Shown here piece after piece: positions 58,087-64,000 of a DNA stretch of 64,000 nucleotides (positions are counted from its first letter, which is position 1; every line of letters starts with the position of its first letter). The notes below the pieces were generated by a model. That model saw only the letters and a program-made list of their open reading frames with translations, was not told where the DNA came from and did no database searches. The DNA lies in NCBI GenBank assembly GCA_050248535.1, contig JBFWSE010000002.1, positions 3,209 through 67,208 on the forward strand. The letters run 5' to 3'. Both the position numbers and the translations under genes were made by a program. This DNA is from Novosphingobium sp. (GTDB lineage Bacteria; Pseudomonadota; Alphaproteobacteria; Sphingomonadales; Sphingomonadaceae).

Positions 58087-58439
58087 TCTGGCAGCAGCTG
58101 GCGATCAAGGCGCTGGTCTCCGGCGCGGTGATCGCCCTTGCCTCTGAAGTCGCGCGCCGCAGCCCGGGCTGGGGCGGGCTGATCGTGTCCTTGCCACTCG
58201 TCACGCTGCTCTCGCTCGCCTGGCTGTGGCGCGATGGCCATGACGCGGCGCGCACCGCCGATTTTCTGGCGAGTTCAGCGCTTTACACCATTTCCGCGTT
58301 GCCAGCCTTTTTTCTCATGGTGCTGCTGATGCGGCGGCAGGCGGGGCTGCCGGCGACACTGCTGGCCGGCGCGCTGGCGGCCATGGCGGGCTATGGCCTG
58401 CTGATGTGGGCCGGGCGGCGCTGGGGGCTACCGGTTTAG
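58083..58439 (+). CDS. Small 4-TM membrane protein (DUF3147-like)
   Basis: IKALVSGAVIALASEVARRSPGWGGLIVSLPLVTLLSLAWL; 4-nt overlap with tauD stop. Confidence 0.8.
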   Translation: MIWQQLAIKALVSGAVIALASEVARRSPGWGGLIVSLPLVTLLSLAWLWRDGHDAARTADFLASSALYTISALPAFFLMVLLMRRQAGLPATLLAGALAAMAGYGLLMWAGRRWGLPV

Positions 58440-59449
58440 GCAAACGCCGGAATGACCTCTCTCGCGAAAAGTTCGGCATAGGGACGGAATTTCACGCTGG
58501 GCAGGCCCGGCGGAATGCCCAGCATGATGTGATCGACCGGCGCGCGTTCGGTCATAGAGCGGAACAGTTCGATCGCCTCGCCCGGCGTCAGCACCCGCAT
58601 GATGCCGGAGGCCTTGAAGTCGGCCAGGCTCATGGTCTCGAGCGACCGGTTGTCGCTGACGCCCAGCGCCTGGTCTTCGGCGGCCATTTCGCCATAGGTA
58701 TTGTTGACGTGGTGGAAATGGGGGGCAAGCTCTTCCCAGGCGCGATCCTTGTCGTCGGTTACCACGGTGAACAGTTCGGGCAGGCGCATGTTGGCCGTGG
58801 ACACATCCTTGCCCGCCGCCTTGAGCTTGTCGAGATAGAGCGGCGCGGCCTCGATATTGCCGAAATAGCCGTCCGCCCATTTCGCCACTCGCTCCATCGC
58901 CTTGGGCACGAAGCCGCCGACATAGAGCGGAATTCGCCCGCGCGGACACGGGGGCGAGAGGAAGGCGTCCTTTATCTGGTAGAACTTTCCTTCGAAGGTG
59001 ACGGTCTCGCCCGCCCATAGCCGGGTGACGATCTCGAGGAATTCGTCGAACATCGCCCCGCGTTTGCCGAAATCGACGCCGAAGGCCTGGGTCTCGCGGC
59101 GGCGGTATCCGATGGCGAGCGTCATTTCGAGCCGGCCCCCGGCTATGCAATCGAGCACCGCGCAATCGCTGGCGAAGCGCATCGGATTGTAGAGTGGGGC
59201 GAGTGCGACCGCCGAGCCTAGCCGGATCGTCTTTGTGCGCGCGGCTACGGCGGCGCAGGCAACCAGAGGCGAGGGGATGTAGCCATCGCTCGCCAGGCTG
59301 TGCTCGGGAAACCAGGCGGCGTGGAAGCCCATGGCCTCGGTCGAAACGGCGAAATCGATCAGGTCGGCGTAATGTTCGATCCAGTCGCGATGATACTGCG
59401 GCGGATTGCGGAAATCATAGAGGTAACCGAAAGTCAGCTTGCCCGGCAT
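58436..59449 (-). CDS. Luciferase-like monooxygenase (second copy)
   Basis: Start 59449; GFHAAWFPEH, YIPSPL, RLGSAVALAPLYNP, GGRLEMTLAIGYR. Confidence 0.92.
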   Translation of the reverse strand: MPGKLTFGYLYDFRNPPQYHRDWIEHYADLIDFAVSTEAMGFHAAWFPEHSLASDGYIPSPLVACAAVAARTKTIRLGSAVALAPLYNPMRFASDCAVLDCIAGGRLEMTLAIGYRRRETQAFGVDFGKRGAMFDEFLEIVTRLWAGETVTFEGKFYQIKDAFLSPPCPRGRIPLYVGGFVPKAMERVAKWADGYFGNIEAAPLYLDKLKAAGKDVSTANMRLPELFTVVTDDKDRAWEELAPHFHHVNNTYGEMAAEDQALGVSDNRSLETMSLADFKASGIMRVLTPGEAIELFRSMTERAPVDHIMLGIPPGLPSVKFRPYAELFAREVIPAFA

Positions 59450-59528
59450 CTTGCTCTCCCGTGTTTGCCTTTTCTTTCGCACAGTGTAGGCGGTCTGCAA
59501 CCGGATTCGACATTTTGGAGAGAGATTT

Positions 59529-60404
59529 ATGGCGCCGCTGGCAGGCAAGGTTGCGGTTGTTACCGGCGCGAGCCGGGGGATCGGCAAGGGCATTGCGCTG
59601 GTGCTGGCCGAGCAGGGCGCAACGGTTTATGTCACCGGGCGCACGGTCAATCCGGGTGACTATTATCTGCCCGGCACGGTCGGCGAAACGGCGGCGCAAT
59701 GCAGCGAACGGGGCGAGCAAGCAGGCAGCGGCGGCAAGGGCATTGCGGTGGCCTGCGATCACGCCGACGACGCTGCCGTTGCCGCGCTGTTCGATCAGGT
59801 GCGCCGCGAGCAGGGCAGGCTCGATATCCTCGTCAACAATGCCTTCCAGCTCAGCGACGACCTGATCGACCCCAAGAAATTCTGGGAAAAGCCGCTGTCG
59901 AACCTGGAGATGTTCCAGGTCGGCCCGCGCAGCCATTTCGTCGCGGCCTGGCATGCGGCGCAGCTGATGGTGCCGAACAAGAACGGACTGATTGTCGCGA
60001 TCAACGGCTTTGCGGGGGGCGTCTATACTTTCGGCGTGGTCTTCGGCACCGCCAAGACTGCGGTCGATCGCATGGCGCACGACATGGCGATCGAACTGAA
60101 GGAACACAACATTGCCTCGATATCGCTGTGGCAGGGACTGACCTTGACCGAAAAGGCGCAGTACAATCTTGCCAACGACAAGGAGAACATGACCACATCG
60201 ATCACCAGCATGACTGGCAGCACGGTCGAACATCCCGGGCGCGTGATCGCGGCGCTGGCAACAGATCCCGAGATCATGAAGCGATCGGGCGGCACTTTCA
60301 TCACCACCGAAGTGGCGCAGGAATACGGCATCACCGATGTGGATGGCCGGGTGATCCCCTCGGCGCGCGGCACACGCGGCGGGCCGATCTGGCAACCGGT
60401 GTAA
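59529..60404 (+). CDS. Short-chain dehydrogenase/reductase (DHRS1-like)
   Basis: TGASRGIGKG, LVNNA, FGTAK (Tyr of YxxxK appears as Phe), SLWQG. Confidence 0.9.
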   Translation: MAPLAGKVAVVTGASRGIGKGIALVLAEQGATVYVTGRTVNPGDYYLPGTVGETAAQCSERGEQAGSGGKGIAVACDHADDAAVAALFDQVRREQGRLDILVNNAFQLSDDLIDPKKFWEKPLSNLEMFQVGPRSHFVAAWHAAQLMVPNKNGLIVAINGFAGGVYTFGVVFGTAKTAVDRMAHDMAIELKEHNIASISLWQGLTLTEKAQYNLANDKENMTTSITSMTGSTVEHPGRVIAALATDPEIMKRSGGTFITTEVAQEYGITDVDGRVIPSARGTRGGPIWQPV

Positions 60405-60510
60405 CTCCTCCTCCCCTTCAGGGGAGGAGGTCGGGAGGTGGGGGTTGTCGGGTGAGCGCGGCTGTTGCCGGACAAACCCCACCCCAACCCCTCCCCTGAA
60501 GGGGAGGGGC
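60405..60510. repeat. Palindromic intergenic repeat (REP/RPE-like)
   Basis: About 40-nt imperfect inverted arms CTCCCCTTCAGGGGAGG...GGGGTTGTC / GACAAACCCC...CCTCCCCTGAAGGGGAG; each arm is itself a hairpin. Confidence 0.8.
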
Positions 60511-60525
60511 TACAGGAGCGAAGAC

Positions 60526-61449
60526 TTGGCAGACGACCTGAGATTCGACGGCCGCGTTGCGGTCATCACCGGCGGCGCGCGTGGATTGGGGCGCGCCCAT
60601 GCGCTGCTGCTCGGCCGGCAGGGCTGCAAGGTCGTGGTCAACGATGTGGGCGCGGCGATCAAGGGCGATGGGCTCGATGCCGGCCCGGCGCAGCAGGTGG
60701 TCGACGAGATCAGGGCCATGGGCGGCGAAGCCGTGGCCAATACCGACAGCGTCGCCACGCTCGAGGGCGGGCAGGCGATCATTCAGGCCGCGCTCGACAC
60801 GTTCGGGCGCATCGATGTGCTGATCCATAACGCCGGCAACGTGCGCTACGGTTCGCTCTCCGAGATCAGCTACGAGGACTTCAAGTCGGTAGTCGACGTC
60901 CACCTGATGGGCGCCTTCCATGTGGTGCGCACCGCCTTTCCGCTGATGATGGCGCAAAACTATGGCCGCATCGTCCTGACCAGTTCGATCGGCGGCATCT
61001 ATGGCAACAACAATTGCGTGAACTATGGCGTGTCCAAGTCGGGCATGATCGGGCTCAACAACATTGCCGCGCTCGAGGGCGAGAACAACAACGTCAAATC
61101 GAACCTGCTGGTCCCCAGCGCCGTCACCCGCATGGCCGAAGGGCTCGACATCTCGCAGTATCCGGCGATGGACCCCGAACTGGTCTCGCCGCTGGTCGGC
61201 TGGCTGTGCCACGAGCAATGCGATGTGACCGGCGAAATGTTCGGCGCCATCGCCGGGCGCATCGCGCGCTGCTACATCGCCGAGACCGTCGGCGTCTACC
61301 GCCCTGAATGGACCATGCGCGAAGTCGGCGACCTGATGGGGCCGATCCACGACAAGGCGGACGCGCTCGATTTCGGGCTGCATGGGCATCTGGGCCACAT
61401 CGGCTATTCGTTCCAGATGGCGCGCGGCGAAGTGAAGGGAAAGGCGTGA
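60526..61449 (+). CDS. Short-chain dehydrogenase/reductase (HSD17B4/MFE-2 N-domain-like)
   Basis: TTG start 60526 after AGGAG; TGGARGLG, VVVNDVG, HNAG, TSSIGG, NYGVSK (YxxxK). Confidence 0.92.
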   Translation: MADDLRFDGRVAVITGGARGLGRAHALLLGRQGCKVVVNDVGAAIKGDGLDAGPAQQVVDEIRAMGGEAVANTDSVATLEGGQAIIQAALDTFGRIDVLIHNAGNVRYGSLSEISYEDFKSVVDVHLMGAFHVVRTAFPLMMAQNYGRIVLTSSIGGIYGNNNCVNYGVSKSGMIGLNNIAALEGENNNVKSNLLVPSAVTRMAEGLDISQYPAMDPELVSPLVGWLCHEQCDVTGEMFGAIAGRIARCYIAETVGVYRPEWTMREVGDLMGPIHDKADALDFGLHGHLGHIGYSFQMARGEVKGKA

Positions 61450-61451
61450 AC

Positions 61452-62006
61452 ATGGCGAGGATTTTGGACAGGGAAGCGAAACTCGATGCACTGCTCGACA
61501 AGCAGGACATCTGGGAATGCCTGGTGCGGATGAGCCGGGGAACCGACCGCGCCGACAAGGAACTGTTCGTCAGCGGCTTCCATGCCGATTCGGTGGTCAC
61601 GGCCGGGCCCTTCGTCGGCAAGCCGGCCGATCTCTATGACTGGGCGGCGAAATTCCAGGCGGAAATGTATACCGCCACGTTCCACAAGCTGCACCAGATG
61701 ACTTGCGATCTCGACGGCGACGATGCCCATGCCGAGACCTATTATTTCTTCGTCGGCTGCCTGCCGGACGGCAACAACGTGCTGGCGGGCGGGCGTTATG
61801 TCGATCGCTTCGCGCGGCGCGACGGCGTCTGGGGCATGACGATGCGCAACAATTACGTCGAATGGACCAGCGTGGTGCCGGCGGCGGCCAGCCCGCTGGG
61901 CGAAATCCCCGGCATCGAGCTCAACGGCATGCCCGCGCGCGACAAAAGCGATGCCTCCTATATCCGCCCGCTGGTCAACAAGCGGGCGCTGTGCAATCCG
62001 GGCTGA
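61452..62006 (+). CDS. SnoaL/NTF2-like family protein
   Basis: Start 61452; RGTDRAD, TFHKL, AHAETY, GGRYVDRFARRDGVW. Confidence 0.88.
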   Translation: MARILDREAKLDALLDKQDIWECLVRMSRGTDRADKELFVSGFHADSVVTAGPFVGKPADLYDWAAKFQAEMYTATFHKLHQMTCDLDGDDAHAETYYFFVGCLPDGNNVLAGGRYVDRFARRDGVWGMTMRNNYVEWTSVVPAAASPLGEIPGIELNGMPARDKSDASYIRPLVNKRALCNPG

Positions 62007-62032
62007 GCACAGCCTCTCGGGAGAGCCATGCC

Positions 62033-62377
62033 ATGAGCAGGAAGTACAAGTTCATCGTCTTCTCCAAGCCCGTCGAAGGCCGCGAGGAAGAATACAACGA
62101 CTGGTACCAGAACCAGCACTTGCGCGAAGTCTGCGAGACGCCCGGCTTCGTCGCGGCGCAGCGCTACAAACTGTCGCACGACCTGGCCGGCGACGGCAGC
62201 GCCCATCCCTATTGCGCGCTCTACGACATCGAGGCGGACCACTGGTCAGAGCCGTTCCAGGCGCTGACCGGCAGCGCGGGCGGCGGCAACATGTTCCTGT
62301 CGGAATCGCTCGATCTCAGCACGATCCAGGCGAACATCTACGAAGTGTTCGGTGACGAGGTGCGGCAGATCAAGTGA
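62033..62377 (+). CDS. EthD-like dimeric alpha-beta barrel protein
   Basis: Start 62033; PVEGREEEYNDWYQNQHLREV...PGFVAAQRY, YCALYDIE. Confidence 0.8.
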   Translation: MSRKYKFIVFSKPVEGREEEYNDWYQNQHLREVCETPGFVAAQRYKLSHDLAGDGSAHPYCALYDIEADHWSEPFQALTGSAGGGNMFLSESLDLSTIQANIYEVFGDEVRQIK

Positions 62378-62562
62378 GCGGTTTTGCGGGGTGACTTTGG
62401 CCTGTTCGTCAAGGGACCGGGGGGTCGTCGACGTCCGTTTCCAGATATTTTTCAAGGCCGCCAATTGACGCATTCGGGGTGGTTTTCAGACTGGCTGCTG
62501 TCTGGATTTCTGGTCCCGGAGATTGATGGTGCAATATCCGTCGTGGAATGCGAGGATGTCCT

Positions 62563-63786
62563 ATGGGCCAGGCGACAACGATACCGGGCACGGCGCTGCT
62601 CCATGACCAGGTTCTGGTCGACCCGTCGGCTTTCTATGACCGGCTCATCGCCGAGGCTCCGGTCTGGCAGGTTGGCGATAGCGATGTGTTCACGGCCAAT
62701 TCCTATGCCGCCGTCACCGAGGCATGCCGGAGGACCGAGGACTTCTCGTCCAACCTGCGCTACTTTCTCTACCGCGACGAGCGTGGCCTGCCAGGGCGCT
62801 TGCTGCACCGCATGGCCGGTGTCGAGGGGTCAAATGTGCTCGCGACCGCCGACCCGCCGCAACATGCGGCACATAAGAAAATCATCAGCCCCGAGTTCAG
62901 CCCGCACCGTATAGCCGCACTGGAAGAGCGGCTGCGGACGATGACGCAGACGCGGCTTGCCGATGGCCGCAAGGACGACCGCATCGAGTTCATGTCGGCA
63001 GTGGGCAACATGATCCCGATCGAGGTTATCATCGACATGATCGCCTTTAGCGAACGCAATACCGAAGCCCTGTTCCAGACTGCCATCGTCCAGACGGACA
63101 TGCTGGCCAGCGCAATTTCGCGCGAGGAGCTGGAACGGCGGGTGTCGTTCACCGACAACACCTATCTCTGGGTCTTCGAACAACTACAGGCAGCCATGGC
63201 CGCGCCGGGAGAAGGTATTCTAGGCTTGCTCGCTGCGGCGATGAACGCCGGCGAGGTAGATGTTCCATTTGCCATGGCGGTGTTGCTGACGCTCTTCGCC
63301 GCTGGCGGGGAGTCCACATCCAGCCTGATCGGAAACTCAGTCCTGCTGCTCGCAGAGGACCCGGCCCTGCAGGCCCGGTTGCGGGCGCAGCCCAACCTGA
63401 TCCCCAGGTTCATCGAGGAATCGCTTCGCTTGCAGTCGCCATTTCGTCACCACATGCGACTGGTCGCCCGCGATACCGAATTGTGCGGCATGCACATCCC
63501 CGAGGGGGCAACCCTGCTGATGATGTGGGGTTCCGCAAACCGGGACCCCGCGGCGTTCGAACACCCCAACCAGATCGATCTCGACCGGCCGCGAAAGCAC
63601 GTAGGTTTCGGCAGCGGCATTCATGTTTGCCTTGGCAACACACTCGCGCGGTTGGAAGCCCGGGTCGTCCTTGAAACGCTGCTGGCTGGCACCCGCGAGT
63701 TCACGCTGGATGCAGCAAGCCGCCCGCAATGGGTTCCCAGTCTCGCCGTGCGACGGCTAGATCGATTGCCCCTGATTCTGAGCTGA
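62563..63786 (+). CDS. Cytochrome P450
   Basis: DPPQH, I-helix AAGGESTS, EESLR (ExxR), HPNQIDLDR, heme motif FGSGIHVCLG; start probably ATG 62563. Confidence 0.95.
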   Translation: MGQATTIPGTALLHDQVLVDPSAFYDRLIAEAPVWQVGDSDVFTANSYAAVTEACRRTEDFSSNLRYFLYRDERGLPGRLLHRMAGVEGSNVLATADPPQHAAHKKIISPEFSPHRIAALEERLRTMTQTRLADGRKDDRIEFMSAVGNMIPIEVIIDMIAFSERNTEALFQTAIVQTDMLASAISREELERRVSFTDNTYLWVFEQLQAAMAAPGEGILGLLAAAMNAGEVDVPFAMAVLLTLFAAGGESTSSLIGNSVLLLAEDPALQARLRAQPNLIPRFIEESLRLQSPFRHHMRLVARDTELCGMHIPEGATLLMMWGSANRDPAAFEHPNQIDLDRPRKHVGFGSGIHVCLGNTLARLEARVVLETLLAGTREFTLDAASRPQWVPSLAVRRLDRLPLILS

Positions 63787-63814
63787 GACGATCGCATTCG
63801 AAACGGCAGTCTTT

Positions 63815-64000
63815 TTATCGGATCCCGACAGTCCGGTATGACACGTTCTGGGGCTCAAAGCGGGCCGCATCCAGCTTGGCAAATGGCATCCTCCAGCCCC
63901 ACCATCGACTGGCAGGCTTCGCCATGGCTGCCTCTCGCACCTCTGTAGCCGCCCCAATTCCATTCGCCGCAGCCTCCTCTCGCAACACCCCCACAAGCCG
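63815..64000 (-). CDS. Possible C-terminus of a gene extending beyond the window
   Basis: 62 open codons from the edge (RLVGVLREEAAANG...SRWWGWRMPFAKLD...GIR*); family not recognised. Confidence 0.35.
   Translation of the reverse strand, partial: RLVGVLREEAAANGIGAATEVREAAMAKPASRWWGWRMPFAKLDAARFEPQNVSYRTVGIR

Noticed and set aside
62409-62591. 60-aa minus-strand ORF / possible remnant (GLEKYLETDVDDPPVP)
   Set aside because: Overlaps the P450 start region; no recognisable family; insufficient support without BLASTX
42343-64000. Accessory region as a single mobile island
   Set aside because: No integrase, transposase, tRNA or att repeats seen; GC mostly host-like; contains core yqgE

Overview
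GC-rich alphaproteobacterial chromosome segment; gene content and codon style suggest a sphingomonad (Novosphingobium-like), which is inference. Three zones. (1) 1-22.8 kb: surface-polysaccharide cluster in four alternating-strand blocks, with a Wzc autokinase (5'-truncated by the window), Wzy polymerase, PglK/HetA-type ABC transporter, eight glycosyltransferases, two acetyltransferases, UDP-xylose synthase, gmd/fcl, a second Fcl-like reductase paired with an NDP-sugar C3-methyltransferase, and a low-GC GT4 + sugar O-methyltransferase cassette. (2) 22.8-42.1 kb: mostly core genes (lptA, lptC, rnd, ung, ssb, feoAB, COQ9, SCO, ribD, ribE, aminotransferase, M48 proteases, DsbA, LytS/LytTR pair). 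(3) 42.3-64 kb: accessory oxidative-catabolism region (2 TetR, cytochrome c, XdhC, MocA-like, large secreted hydrolase-like protein, OYE, lactonase, 2 TauD, 2 LLM, TonB receptor, CMD-like, 2 SDR, SnoaL, EthD-like, P450). Best leads: a probable GDP-3-C-methyl-6-deoxyhexose (branched sugar) pathway; Wzy-type assembly with an ABC transporter but no Wzx in the window; and a ~540-bp scar where the 3' ends of two divergent restriction-system genes (Mrr-like and Eco29kI-like) are joined over 8 shared nt. No rRNA, tRNA, CRISPR array, integrase or transposase was recognised. Family assignments come from motif recognition, not database searches. Several start codons were moved from the ORF track using RBS and overlap logic.
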